In this document: positions 23,791 through 41,675 of the stretch, piece after piece
Position numbering within the stretch: the stretch's first letter is position 1
How the letters are laid out: every line of letters starts with the position of its first letter
Origin: the human T2T-CHM13v2.0 reference genome, Homo sapiens
Length of the DNA: 64,000 bases
NCBI RefSeq assembly: GCF_009914755.1
Contig: NC_060928.1
Direction: 5' to 3' (one strand)
Notes under the pieces: generated by a model
Told to the model about the DNA's origin: nothing
What the model saw: the letters and a program-made list of their open reading frames with translations, nothing else
The model's database searches: none
Translations under genes and position numbers: made by a program

Positions 23791-25397
23791 TACTCTTGTC
23801 CATTTTAGGAATGAAGTATCAGTGGATGCAGAGATTCAAATGGTTTTCATCAAGTTTGTTAATCCAGGAAAGAATATCCATCTGGTTCATCACCAAGGCC
23901 TTTGTTGGTCTTTGAAAAAACAACAACAGCAACAACAAATTGCTTCGTCAAAGCTAAAGCCAATATAATTGTTGAAATTGCAGCAGCAGCAATTCTCTGT
24001 ATGGTTATAATGTTACATTGCACCTAGGTCCTTAAATATATTCTTTAGTTCTGGCTTATTATGGCTTAAGAACATCAGGAAGAGAAAGAAGAATCAGCAT
24101 GAGGTTGATGGTTGAATGACAACCATAATTTTCCATATAACGGAATCTTTGCTAATGTAAAAGCTACCTTCTGGTTATGCAAAAGTTTATTGAAATACAG
24201 GCACAAAGTGGTGTTTTCTATCCAACAAAGAACAAGTGCAGTTCCATAATTTAGCATGTTGAGTTATTCTTTCCAAAATCAACCACCTAAGGACCAAGGG
24301 CTAAGATTTAAAATATAATTTCTATGCATTCTTTTTTAAGTGAAAAAAACCAGCTTGTATAGCTAAACTGTGTAGCTGTAGCATAATTTGCTAATGTTTC
24401 TATTTGTTGAAGAAATGACAAATATTTGCAGGAATGGCAAGTAGCAAAACATAGTCCTCATCTGTATGCAACATAGTCATAACATAAAATTATGAACACA
24501 GAGATATGATTTCTGAAAAGATTGAATTAACATTGTGAAAATTAGAGCCCCCTCATTTACATAAATCTGGGGAATGCCATTGCATGACAAAGCTGGCAAT
24601 TTATTTGGCAGTAGCAAAGAAAAAATTCTTTGCACAGCATTCCACAGCACTTGGAAGTCAGGAGTGAGAGTCTGCTCTTTGTAGGAGGGCTTGGGAATCA
24701 GTATATTAAAATATCACTCCCAACTCAAAGCTCACCTGAAATAAAAAAAAATAAGCCACCTTAGAAATGGTGCTTGAAAAAATGATGAGAAAATTCTGAC
24801 ATGTAGCTATTTGTGGTGACCATTCCTGTGGGAGAAAGAAGTGTAATTATCTGATCAGCATAAACCCTTGTAGCCTTTTTAGCTAACTGTATTTACTCCT
24901 GGGTGACCTCTGATTTCTTGAGATTTCGAGGGGAACCCAACTTGGAGGGAATAAAAACTTTTACTTGGAAACTAGGAAATTGCTGATGTGTTCCTGAGGT
25001 CATGTGATCGTTTCATATCCAGAAAGTCTTAGCTGGAAAAAAAAAAATACTGACATTCACAGATCCAGCAAGCTGGTCTCTATTCTCAGATGGCTGATAT
25101 ATTACTCTTAAGACTAAAGCTTTTCCTGTGTTATAGCTGTTTTTTTTCTTAACTAATGCATATTAACTGCAAAGGGTGCAGGAGTAGAGGAGCAGCCTTG
25201 GGTATGGGATGCAGAAGATAAAATGGCAGTCATAGTATTACATTGTGAGGATGGAGGAAAGTGGAAGTAGGCAAACCATGATGAGTAAGGCTACACATGG
25301 GTGTCCTCTGTTTAAGAGACAAGCTCTGTGGGGCTGGGATGCATTGTACGTAAGAGATACAATGTTTCGATGTATGGCAAGAAGATTATGGCTTAGG

Positions 25398-25921
25398 CAT
25401 ATTAGTTAGCAGTTCTCTAGAGAAACAAAACCAATAGAATGTGTCCATTATATTGTTATAAAATGAGATATATAAAAGGAGATTTATTATGGAAATTGAC
25501 TCATGTGATTATGGAGGCCATGAAGTCCCATTGTATGCCATCTGCAAGCTGGAGAACTAGAAAGGTGGTGGCATGAGTTTCAGTCCAGGTTGGAAAGCCT
25601 GAGAATCAGGGAGCCCATTGGTATAAGTCTTGGAGTCCAAAGGTCAGAGAATCAAAAACTCCAGTGTTTGAGAGCAGGAGAGGATGGGCGTCTCAGCTTA
25701 AGAAGAGAGTCTTTCTTACTCCTTTTTATTCTATTTGGGAGGGCCCTAATGGATTGAATGATACCACCATTGGTGTGGATGATCTTCTTTACTAGATCTA
25801 TGGATTTAAATGCTAATCTTTTCTAGAAACATCCTCACAGACACACCTAGAAATAATATTTTACCAGTCCTCTGGGCATCCCTTAGCCTAGTCAGGTTGA
25901 TACATTGAACTAACCACCACA
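25398..25921 (-). mobile_element. MLT2 (ERVL) solo LTR
   Basis: tattagttag..ttctctagagaaacaaaaccaatag..ctgcaagctggagaac..aactaaccaccaca. Confidence 0.75.
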
Positions 25922-26083
25922 GATGGGGATATCTGAAAAGTCAGAAGAGGTTGATCCAGGTGGGAAATAAAGGGCTATTAGAATGGAAATACTGAGGTTG
26001 AAAGTGAGTCTGTTTTCTGCCTGCTGAGATGATGGTTCCTGGTTTCATCTCAGGAAATTGATATTGGCATTGTAGGGGTCTAT

Positions 26084-26220
26084 GCTGAACCTTCTCACAT
26101 CATGGGAATTACGTTTTACCCATTAATTCTTCTTACTACTCAGATACCTGGGCAAATCTGTGCAACATTCCTAAAAATAAAAGCTAAAAATCAAAGTTAA
26201 CAACGTGTGTAAAAATTTCT
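26084..26220 (+). repeat. 137-bp direct repeat, copy 1
   Basis: Matches 29065-29201 with 8 substitutions and no indels (counted by eye). Confidence 0.92.
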
Positions 26221-26713
26221 CTTCCCCTCACCAAAACACCCCCGCCTCATTATGTTAACAATTAAACAAGCATCAAAACACAAAAACATAAAACTTACAA
26301 GGATTCTGAAAATTACATGGAATGGAAGTGAAAATGGCTGATTTGTTCACCATCTACCAGGTAAAATGGATTCTTGTGTTCTGAAGCCTTGAATTCATAG
26401 CCTCATATTTTATGGAGCATGCAATTTATAACTAAGACAATAAGTACTGCAAAAAGCATTGAGTGCTATAGGAGAAAAGAAGATGAGGCAGTTAATTTTT
26501 AGCTGGAGAAAGGGCCGACAGGGAAAACTCTACACGGAAGAAAACATCAAAGAAGGACAATTAAGAATGAGTATGATTGTGTTTGCCAGAGAGAAAAGAA
26601 GTGATAGATGTTTTAGGAGAAGGACAGAGTAAGTAGAAATGACGTGCTGTGAATGTTCATGAAGTGTTCAGGGAAAATTAAGTAGATCAGTGTGGCTAGA
26701 ATACAGTACATGA

Positions 26714-27034
<321 letters not shown>

Positions 27035-27657
27035 CTAGTAATGGAGTTGGAAGGTAAATTGGAGTTATATTGTAAAAGATGCTTGTAAGTACGTCATACT
27101 GTTGGTTTTGGTCAGTGGGTTCAGAAGTTATTGTTATAGCTTAGATAATGGGAAGTCAAGGTGAAGTAGGAGGAGGGGATGGATTTGAACAATACTTCAG
27201 TAGGATAGTTAGTGGGACCTGGTGATTGACTAAATGTGGAAAGTGAGTTAAAGAGATTAATCTAAAACGAACTTTAGGTTTCTATCTTGTAACATCTGGT
27301 GGGTGAACATGCCATTAACAAAAACAGAGAACACAGGTGAGAGAAAACAAGGATTTGGGGAAAATGTATTCAGTTTTGGACATTATGAACTTTTGACGCT
27401 TATGAGATGGTTAGGTAAAAATGTTCAGTAGGAATTGGAAAGTGGATTTGGAAACCAGGGGAAATCAGAGGTGGAGATAAATTTGAAAGTCACTCACATG
27501 AGGGAGAGTTGTGATAGTGCGAGGTGTTAAAACCACCCAGAGAGAAGGTTTAGCGAGGAAAGAGAAGTGCGTCAGAGAGGTACAATGAGGAATGCCTGAT
27601 ATTTGCCAGATAGGCTAAGGAGGAGGAGCCAGAAAAGGAGTTTTAAAAGGGGTCATA

Positions 27658-27706
27658 CCTGCTCGTTGTGCACATGTACCCTAAAACTTAAAGTATAATT
27701 AAAAAA
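27658..27706 (+). mobile_element. Very short L1PA 3'-end insertion (about 50 bp)
   Basis: cctgctcgttgtgcacatgtaccctaaaacttaaagtataat plus A tail; TSD aaaaggggtcata / aaaagagatcata. Confidence 0.88.
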
Positions 27707-29064
27707 AAAAGAGATCATAGAGACGACAAGAGAACCAGAGTCAAGCAGTGTTTTGGAGAGTGATACGGAAAAGTTTCAAGAAGAGGGAGTGTTCAATAAG
27801 CCAGATATTGCCAAAAAATTCATATTGGATAAAAGCATCTTTTTTTCCCCAACTCTGCCTAGCTACCCACTGGGCCATGGCTATCTCATAACGCTCTGTC
27901 TGCAAAACAGAAAAAAGGATTTGAGGGAGCTCAAGTTACTTTTGTGTTAGAAAAATGAGCCCCTCCCTCCAGTTGAAGGCAGCACTTAGAGCTTGGCAAG
28001 CAGTGCTTCTCTTGCCTCCTTGCCTAAACAACCTTGTGTGGATCTACATTCTGCAAAACCATAAGTAAATTTGGTTAACAAGGGACAAGGGAAATCAATG
28101 AATGATTGTAGGCAGCATGAGGGTTCAGAAGAGGGAGATGGAGGAATTGAGGAGATTCTGAGTACTTATTTATTACAAAATAATTGCCCTTGGATCCAAG
28201 GAGAGTAGGAGAGTAGGGAAGAGAAGAGGCTGGCCAACTTGAAGAAATGAGGTGGGAAGTCATTTGAGATCCTGACGAAATCAAACAGCACGGTTTCTAA
28301 AGGTTCATAGGGGTGAAAGAATTGATTACAATATCAATGGAAATGGATTCTGGAGCAGAAGTGAGGATTTGAAGAGGAGGAGGTCATGAAATAATGGGAC
28401 CAAGGTGTTAAGTGGTTCATCAAAATGTATATTGAAATCACTCAGGATAACAGTAGGCAACTGAATAGAAAACAAAACAGTGATCCTTAGGGGATGTGTG
28501 AGAGTGATGGGGAGGGAGGTCAGTAATGATAATAAGATTGGAAAGAAGGCAGTGTAACCTGATGTCATTGGCTTCAGCTAGCAGCTGAAGCAGAAAAAGC
28601 AGAAAAAGAATTTTCTTCTAAATGAGTGCGTTCAATTTATAATTTAACAATTCTCTAGGTAACAAAAAATTCTTAATCTTGCTCTTTTGTTTGGCTATAG
28701 TGAGTAAAACATGATAGACCAGAGAAAGGCAACAGTAGAGGAATCAGGGATTTATAAAAGGCAACCAGAAAAAGAGTGGTTTTGGGAGAAATTAAAATTT
28801 TTTATTACTATAAGTAGAAGAATAAATAATCACTCTGAAGGAACATACCTTTTAATAGGATTTCCTTAGGTGGCAAAATTATGAGAAACTGTGAGACTCC
28901 TGAGCATTTCTCTCTAGAGGGCATTTTAGCTCAACTAGACTTCTTGACCAAAATGTCCCAACTTTAAGAAAGTCTGGGATAATCCTGAAGTTTATCACTG
29001 GGAATGTTTGATACATTATCGATATTATGCTATAACTCATTGACTCAGTGCTTGAGAACTTCAA

Positions 29065-29201
29065 GCTGAACCTTCTCACATTACGGGAATTATGTTTTAC
29101 CCATTAATTCTTCTTATTACTCAGAGACCTGGGCAAATCTGTGCAACATTTCTAAAAATAAAAGCTAAAAATCAAAGTTAACAAAGTGTGTAAACATTTC
29201 T
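29065..29201 (+). repeat. 137-bp direct repeat, copy 2
   Basis: See 26084-26220. Confidence 0.92.
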
Positions 29202-29762
29202 ACTTTGAAGCTCTCGAGGATCTTTAATCTGGATCTTTAGTTTATTTGGGGGAGCTGAAAACCTTTAGCTTACCTTGTCTTTCAAAAGGGCACACGCCTG
29301 AACAATGTATTGATATGAGAGAAAAAGAAGGAATATAAACTTATTTTTGCAATCAAATCAGATGTTATTTGAAATGTTTTGGCCCTCTCTGTTTCTGAGT
29401 TCTTAAAAATGATGTGTCAATGGCAAAACAACAAAAGAAGTGTCCAAGTTCTTAATTATCTCTTTATTTGTGTTCTCTAATAGTGGCATAAGTAGTAAAA
29501 AAAAAATTAGTCCTGATACAAAATTTAACATGGTTCCTTATTGTTGTATATCTCTGCACACAACAAAAAGAGCTCCTCTCCTTTGTCCTTGGAGTTGAGG
29601 AAATCGTTGGTTGTGGCTAGGTAAGGGTTAGGCAATGGCTGGGAGGTAGGGGGCCAGCACTTTGGAGAGGCAAACTGCTGAGGTTGGGCAGAGAGAGCTG
29701 GAGAGAAGTCTTTTGAATAATACAACTCCTTTCAAAGCTGGGCTGATAGAAAAGGGTCCTAT

Positions 29763-29839
29763 ATGTAACAAACCTGCATGTTGTGCACATGTACCCTAAA
29801 ACTTAAAGGATAATAATAATAATAAAATTAAAAAATAAA
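29763..29839 (+). mobile_element. Very short L1PA 3'-end insertion (about 77 bp including tail)
   Basis: atgtaacaaacctgcatgttgtgcacatgtaccctaaaacttaaag plus (taa)n/A tail; perfect 13-bp TSD aaaagggtcctat (29750-29762 / 29840-29852). Confidence 0.92.
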
Positions 29840-31516
29840 AAAAGGGTCCTATGACCTACTGTGAATTGTATTGCCTTTACTCCATTGGCTTTGCTTACTA
29901 AGGAAAAACAGTCTAGATGTAGCTTTTTCAAATTACTTACATGTATTATAGAACTATTTTTAACAAAGCAGATTTTGTGATACCAATGATCACATCTGGC
30001 TAAACCAAACCTTCCTGTAAGCACATGTTACCCTCTTACATATTTCTTTGATGTTAAGTGAAGTTAAGCTTAAGTATTATCTGTCTAGGTGGGTATTTGC
30101 AGTGGTTCATTAGTTTTCTTGTAAGTGTGCTTGCTTTGGCTATCACAATGAAGTAGATTTCATAAAAGATTCTTGTCAGAGTGATATTTAGAGACTCTGT
30201 CCACAGACTTGACCTCTAAGCATTTGGAGAGTAGAGAGATAGCCATGAAATCTCGGGGTTCTTATTTTTGGTGAACCCTAGTGTGTTGTTCCTAGATATG
30301 GTCAGTGCACGTGCTCATTTTGCTACCACCACTCATCTGGCTGTATATTTTCCACACATGCAAATTAGACAACCCTAATGTCCTGGGTCTTAGAGTTATA
30401 ACTCTCTCTCTCTTTCTGTCTCCCCAACCACAGCTCCTGAGGGGCAGGGAATGATGATCATTTTCTGTGGCCAGGCTGGGGTGGGAAGAAATTGCCTTCA
30501 GGTCGGGTTGTCCCAGCCTCTAGAGAGGGATTTCTAGATTTCAAAAGCATACAAGGCATTTAGGTTTCTCATTCCAGCTTCTGCTGCCTGTCTTGCACAA
30601 CCAGAGGACTTGGAGACATGCATTACTGTTTTTGATATTAATGTAAAATATGTAGCGCAATTATTTATTTACTAGACTGAGTACCTTGACAGCAGGCTTT
30701 GCATCTTATTCATCTTTGTCTTTTTACCACCTGCTATAATGCTTGGTACCAATAGGTGTTTAGTAATTTTGCTGAATTAAGTTTAATCCTCTACTCGTTG
30801 AGAAGCTGAAGCTGAAGCAGAGGTGATAATGATGATGAAGAAGATGATGATGATAAACTGTTGAATGTGTGCTATGTTCCAGGTGCTATTCCAAATACCA
30901 TAAATATTGGCTTCTTTGAGACTCATGACAATCCTACACAAGAAGTTATTATTTCCCCCATTTTATAGATGAGGAAGCTGAGGCTAATTACCTTGCTCAA
31001 GATTATTCACATAAGTGATAAAGCTGGTCTGGCTTAGTCTGCTTCCAAAGTCCAAGCTCCATACCACACTATATGTTATATTACCTCTCAAGAGGTAGAA
31101 AGGCCGGTTGGAGAAGGTAGATGATGAACTTTAGTGTACAACACTTTTTTTTTTCCCACCAGCATAGGATATTTGTCCATTTTCTCTTCCTTTCTCCTAT
31201 GCTTAAGTTTTTCTCCTTCAGCAAGTGATCTTGAACAAGTCCCTCCCACCTTAAACAGTTAAACTAGCTTCTCTTAATCATACATCCTTCTATGATTTTA
31301 CAGTTACACCAAAGGAAAACAAAACCCAAACCCCAAAACAAACCTGTTGCTTCTGGGCAGCAGGTTTTACTGAACTGAAATCTAGAGAAATGTCTCTGAC
31401 CAGTCTTAAAGGCATACTGTGTGAGATAGCAGACAATTACTTCAAGGATGTGAAGACAGAGACCATAATGTAGAACTGTTTAAGGTCCTTTAGTGTAGTC
31501 AGAAATTATACAGGCA

Positions 31517-31810
31517 GGCCGGACATGGTGACTCACGTCTGTAATCCCAGCACTTTGGGAGGCTGAGGAGGGCAGATTGCCCGAGTCCAGGAGTTCAAGA
31601 CCAGCCTGGGCAACATGGCAAACCCCGTCTCTACTAAAAATACAAAAATTAGACAGGTGTGGTGGTGTGCGGCTGTGGTCCCAGCTACTGGGGAGGATCA
31701 TCTGAGCCTGGGACGTCAGGGCTGCTATGAGCTGAGATTGCATCACTGCACTCCAGCCTGGGCAACAGAGTAAAACCCAGTCTCAAAAAATAATAATACT
31801 AATAAAATAA
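31517..31810 (+). mobile_element. AluJb-like element
   Basis: Dimer with J-type right arm and (aat)n tail. Confidence 0.9.
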
Positions 31811-32565
31811 AGACAAAGTATTGTTCATTAAAAGCAATTTTAAGGTGGGATAAAAACAATGCGTTCTGAATTTGTAACTCAGTGTTGATTGCTTGAACTG
31901 AGTGCCCAGTTCTCAGGTAACCTACCTGGGTGTGCTGTATTGCTCTGAATGCCTGCAACATTTAGTATTTTCTCTTTTGTTTTGGAATTATCATACAAGT
32001 GCCAATGCAGGCCCTTTAGTTCCTGGTTTCAATTAAGATAGAGATCAACTAGGGAGATTCTATTGGCTATGTGGCATCCTCCATGCAATGAGACTCTAGA
32101 AGTGTGTTAGACAAATATGACATGGAAATAGGACTTTTCTGTATTTTTTTGTCACCTCCAAAATTAAAATCATAACTGAAAGTTCCTCCCAGTAGCTTTC
32201 TCGCTGTCCCAACATGGTACCAAATTCACATATGTGTGTGTGCTTAAGGGCAAAGGGGATGGTATTATGGGGGGATCATGAGAAGATATTATCTACTGTT
32301 ATAACATTCAAAGGCTTAAACAAGTAATGTTTATTTTTCCTATTAATAAGATGAGTAGAGGTAATTGATAAAGGAATATTTATCAATTAATAAAGGAATT
32401 AATAAAGGAATATTTGAAGGCAAGAAAAAGAAGAAATTTCTATGAAAATAGGCTGTGGTGTTTCTAATTTTAATGTATATATTTTTTCTTTTAAACTTAT
32501 TTAGAAGATCATTGTGTGGAATTGAAAAACTTCATATAACTGGTTTAGTTAAAAAGCATATAAAA

Positions 32566-32702
32566 GCTGGGCATGGTGGCACTCGCTTGTAAGTCCCAGC
32601 TAGTTGAGAGACTGAGGCAGGAGGATACCTTGAGCCTAGGATTTCAAGTCCAGCTTGGACTTGAAGCGAGACCTCAACTCTGAAAACAAACAAAGAAACA
32701 AA
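32566..32702 (+). mobile_element. Alu monomer (FLAM-like)
   Basis: Single arm of about 135 bp with A-rich tail. Confidence 0.8.
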
Positions 32703-33792
32703 ACACTTCTGCCTTCAAAGGCATATGGAAAGTAGCTAAATGTCAACCCCAAACTGTTATACCTCAATTTAACGTCAATATATTGAAAACAATTGTCAAT
32801 TAAGAGACAATGTGATAGAGGAATAAACCCGGGATTTAGAATATCTGGGTTTTGGCCTTGATTTTACTACTTTTTGTTAGTTTGGTAAAGTGACTTAACT
32901 TTCCTGGGACTAAATGTCTTCATCTGTAAAATAAAGGTGTGAGTTAGATCATTTCAAAGGGTCCTTCCCAATTGAAAATCTCACATTTTCCACTGAGAAA
33001 AATATTATAACTTCTACTAGTTAAGCAGTTGATACTTCAATATTCAATCCACAAAAATTGAAAAAAATAAATTAGCTTAAAAAGGCAAAATTAGGTAAAT
33101 TATACAGTATAAATATGCTTTAATAAGTTGGAAACCAATCTTGTATTTCCCAGCTAGAGCCTCTGCCACCCATATGTTCATAAAAAACACTGTGGTTGTT
33201 TTATTGTCCTCTCTGGCAGTGCCAATCATAGTTAGCACTAATTAATGAAATTCCAGGGCGTTGTTTGCCAGGAGGTTCATGCAATGGGTGAAGCAGACTA
33301 GAGTGGCAAAGTTTCCATCATTTATATTGCTGTGACAATATTGGCTCAAGTTTCAGAAACAGTAATTCCAGCTCCCAGTCCCTGTGAGAACAAATGTAGA
33401 TTGATTTATGTTCCGAGCCTCTCTAGCATATTGTCAACACTGAGATGGCTGCCAGAGCTCATCCTACAAAGTGCTGACATTTTCTGGGAATCCACTTGCC
33501 TTTACACATATTCTCTCTAGTCACTTACATTTGCACACATTGTTGGTTTTTAAAATTTTATTTTAAGGCCTAAGGCATGGGTTATTGATATTAAAATTAG
33601 CCTCACATTATAAACGCAGTTTATGCCAATACAAAATCTTTTGGGATCTAGTCACGCTCAGGAAAGACCATAAATCTCCTTTAGTCCATGTTGGAATTAC
33701 CTTAAACAGGGTTCATATTGAGTGAACTTTCCTTAGAAATGCTTTTTGTAAACTCCCCACCCCACCCCATCCTACCCCATCCCACTGTACTC

Positions 33793-34095
<303 letters not shown>

Positions 34096-35278
34096 TTTCT
34101 GGATTTATTAGTCATCTACTTTCATCAATGAGAGAACCTCTACATTCGGTCCATTTCTCCTTCCCTAACCCATTTTGTCACTGCTGCAGTATCTAGGTCT
34201 TTTGGGCTCTGTGATCGATTTCTGGTTTCAGTCATAGTCATAGGCAGTCATAAACATAGATTATTAAATAAATAAATAAAAAATATAAGTTTTTGGAGAA
34301 GAAAAAGAGCCAAATATCCCAATTGATTATTATGGTGAAAGATAGGCACATAAGTTTAACAATGAAACATCTCTGTATGGATTTGAGCAAATAAAGTTTA
34401 TCTTCAATTGTATGGTGGGAATTCAAAGATTGTTATGTTGCAGATTTCTATAATACCACATTGTTTTTCTTATAAATATACAACATTTCAGTGCTTATTT
34501 AAACAAATCATTGAGATAAACTATGGATTCCACATGATCAGTGTTATGTCCCATGATTCTGAATGAGGAAACATTGTTTTTCCAGTTTTGAAAAATAGAG
34601 ACATAATTTAGGTAACCTATAATCTTAGAGGTATAGCTTGATGGATTTTTGCAATCTCCCTCCCATTCTGATTAAAATATAGAATATTTCTCACCCTTTG
34701 GAAGGATCCCCCACTTGCTCTCTGCCTAAAGGCCCATCTCTGCTTCTGCAGAATGGTAACAGAAATCATTATTTTTCAAATGAAAATCATTGAACATTTT
34801 AAAATTTGTATTTTAGATTTTCCCTCCATTTTTTGTCATTGCAGATTTGCTTTCTTTTTAAGGTATTTTTTTCAGATTTTTCCTCTGAAGGATAGGGTAG
34901 AAAATGGCCACTGAACATTGCAAGTTTTGTTTCCTATCAGTTCCTGCTGGATGTATCTCTACAGTTGAATTTTGTTGTTGTCATTGTTGGTCGTTCCTTA
35001 TTTGATTATTAATCAACAGACCGAATATTTATCTTTTTTTTTTCTTTTTTAAGGATTCCTGAAAGATTTCTTACATGTATGACAGGGTAGAATGATTTTA
35101 CATTTGTCTGCCAGAGGAGATTTTTCTCATTCACACAGTTAATTTTTATTGTTCAGTTTCTGGAAAGGGACCAAACTATCAAGTTTTCCTTTGGATCTTC
35201 ATTTTGTTTGCAATCAGCAACATTGCACTTTTAAGGCCTACTCAGATGCAGAGAAAAGGATGAAGTGAAAGAACAATA

Positions 35279-35594
35279 CAGTCAGTCCTTTGTATTCAAT
35301 TCAACCAACAGCAGATAGAAAATATTTGGGAAAAAAATTCCACAAAGTCCCAAAAAGCAAAATTTAAATTTGCCTCATGGCAGCTATTATGTGGAATCCA
35401 TGAGAATGAAGTTATATGTAGGCATTATATAAGGTATCATAAATAATTTAGAGATAATTTAAAGTATATAGGAGGATTTGTGTACATGATATACAAATAT
35501 TATGCCATTTTTTACAAGGGACCTGAGCATCCATAGATTTTTATATCCACGGGAGTCCTGGAACAAATCCCCCATAGATACTGAGGCACAACTG
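35279..35594. mobile_element. Tigger3a-like TcMar DNA transposon
   Basis: TA TSDs; TIR-like ends cagtcagtcctttgtattc / gatactgaggcacaactg; internal ttcaaccaac..gaaaatattt. Confidence 0.75.
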
Positions 35595-38191
35595 TATTGT
35601 ATTAGTGATCTTTGTAGAGGTGCTTGAAGCATTATCTTGAGATTCTAGCAAATAATGAAATACCGTGATACAGTAGCAGCAGGTTTACAGAAGCCACAGT
35701 AAGGCTTATCTACTGCTAAAGTTTGACTTCCCTTGGTCTTCAATGCAGATTCCTGGCTCCCCATGTTAAATTTCTGGCAGATTCAGACCCTGGTTGTCCC
35801 TACATATCACCAATAATCCTGATAGTATTAATACCAAACATTTATATTTTTATAGTTAATAAAATCCATCTTCCTATTTTATCCTAGTATTTATTATGAC
35901 AGCCTTATAAAGTAAGTACTATGAGCCTGTTTTCCCTTTCTATATTGTTATGAAACTGAAATTTAAAGAGATGGAGAGTCTTTCTTAAAGAATATGTCTT
36001 CCTTAAATAGTTTGATTTCTTACAATCTGGCACCACAGTGAAAACCCTGAGGGATTTCTAATTTTAATAATGACTCCAAAGTGTATATTGGTTATACCCA
36101 TATTTTCAGGGAATAGGATAAAACTTGCAAGGTTATGCACATGATCCTTCTATGGTTTCAAGTCCTAATAAAGTCCTCATAAATGGGATTGAGTAGGATA
36201 GTTCAATCCAGGACAGGTTCTTGCTACCCATTCTTCATATGATTAGTATTGAATTACTTCAGTCTGTGGTTTCAGAAATCACTTTTCCATGTAGATGTTA
36301 CTTTCCCTTAGGTCTTACAGCACTTCAGGCTAAGAGAATCTTTAAAACCATGAGTTTTTCAAATTGGATGCTATTAGGATTTAAGACTGTCAGGAGCCTA
36401 GATTAAAACAGCACTGGCTATGGAGGGGGGTGACTGACAAATATTTATTGAATGATTGAATAGTTCTAAATATAGTTCACTTGTTATTTATTATTGCTCT
36501 ATAGCAAGAATAATAAATTTGTTAATTTAAAAATGCCATTAAAATTAAAATGGATTTTATAGATTAACAATTTTATTTCAATATTATTTATATGATCAGT
36601 AACTGCAGCCCCTCTGAACTGTTCTGAAACTCTTGGAATAAACAAAGTGCTGTGTTAAGAGCAAAAAAATGAGGATGTGATATTCTTTTTGTTAGCAGAT
36701 TAATGATATCAATAGGTTATTAAAATTATTAACAGAAAGAAAAATTGTGACTAAGATCCTTTTTTTTATTCATTTTACAGAAATGTCATAGTTGATTTTT
36801 TTGTCAGTCACTGGGTCTTAAAAACTGTAGATGGCAATCCAACTACAGAAATGATAGGCTTTGCTAAACTTAGTGGTGAAATCTGCTTTTCCTAGCGGCA
36901 CAAATTATGTTGCTCTAGGAGGGAAGCATATCAGGAAAAAGAACCATAAAAACAAAAGCAAATTTCAAAAAAATAGAAAACAAGATAATTTTTTTTTGCA
37001 ACCATTGCTTTATAAGTTCGACTGCATGTAAGTTTACAAAATGCAATATTGGTCTCACGAGTTAATCAAGAAATACTGTGAAGTCATTTCAAACTATGGA
37101 TAGTAGAAAAATCTCTGTTACCATAGAAACAAAATACCATACATGAGAATAGGCCACATCATATAGAAGATTTAATTACAATGAAATGATAAATGAATAA
37201 AGACAATTTTTTAGCCTATCTGTAGCTAAAGTCCATTAGAAGTCCAGTTTCCAAGGAAACCTATGTCTAAAAACAGTAATAAGAAAAATAGTGGAATAAG
37301 ATAAACTGCATTCGAAAGAGATTTGGAAAAGATAACAGCAGCCCCACCAATTAGGAAGAATATTTCTAATTTTAAAAGAATCACATTGGGATGAGCTTAG
37401 ATTTCTTATGAGAATGATGAGCTATTCATAACAATAACCTATGCAATGTCTACACAGAATAATAAAATACATGTTTGATTGAAAAGTGTTCAAGAATCTA
37501 ATTTTAAAAATGCAATTGCAATGGCATATTTAGACATGTTTTTATTTTGAAGTGAGTTTTGCTATGATTTAAGAGATCAAAGCATGGCCGGGAAACACGG
37601 CATGGTGGTGTCAGTGGATCATTTTGATTCCAAATGTTGTGTCCTATTACCAAATTTGCTGCTGATTTATGCATGTGTGTTTGGGCTGAGCCAACAAGAA
37701 ATAGACCATCTGGAGGGCCCTTTTAATGTAAGAATGTGAGTACAAAATATTCACTAACCAATATAGTCTTACTAAAGAGTGGATTTAAATCTAGGGTACC
37801 CAGAGAGTTCTTAAAAGCACAGTATGTTCCAAATTTTAGGCCACCAACAGTAAGCATATCAGCAGGGGGCATTAGTGTGGTGGCAAGCATTTATTCTGTG
37901 CACTGGTATTTTAAAGAAGCAGAAAATTACTTCCGCTTCTCTCCCATCCTGGAACGTGAATACACAAAAAGCTGGAGATGGATGAGTGATAAGAGAAACA
38001 AATCTGGTGGGTTCATCCGCAGGTCTACAATGTCAGGGAGCTATTGTTTGACCAGAGTGGTCAGTTTCTGTGCGTTCGGTGCTGCCACACCTACTTTAAG
38101 CATTCACAACAGCAGTCTCTGCTGATTTGAACTCTTGTAAAAATACAATTTGAAGGACATCGGTTTCGGAGTGAGACCAGCACGGATTTGA

Positions 38192-38530
<339 letters not shown>

Positions 38531-38601
38531 GGAAATTTCGTTTTTTAATGAGGAATAATACTCACTGCTGGCTTGTGACTATTAATGTCAATATACATAA
38601 A

Positions 38602-41675
<3,074 letters not shown>

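Noticed and set aside
33230-33500. Possible coding exon in unique sequence (also 24060-24300 and 57300-57610)
   Set aside because: No convincing splice-site pair or recognisable protein; may be conserved non-coding DNA, which sequence alone cannot show.
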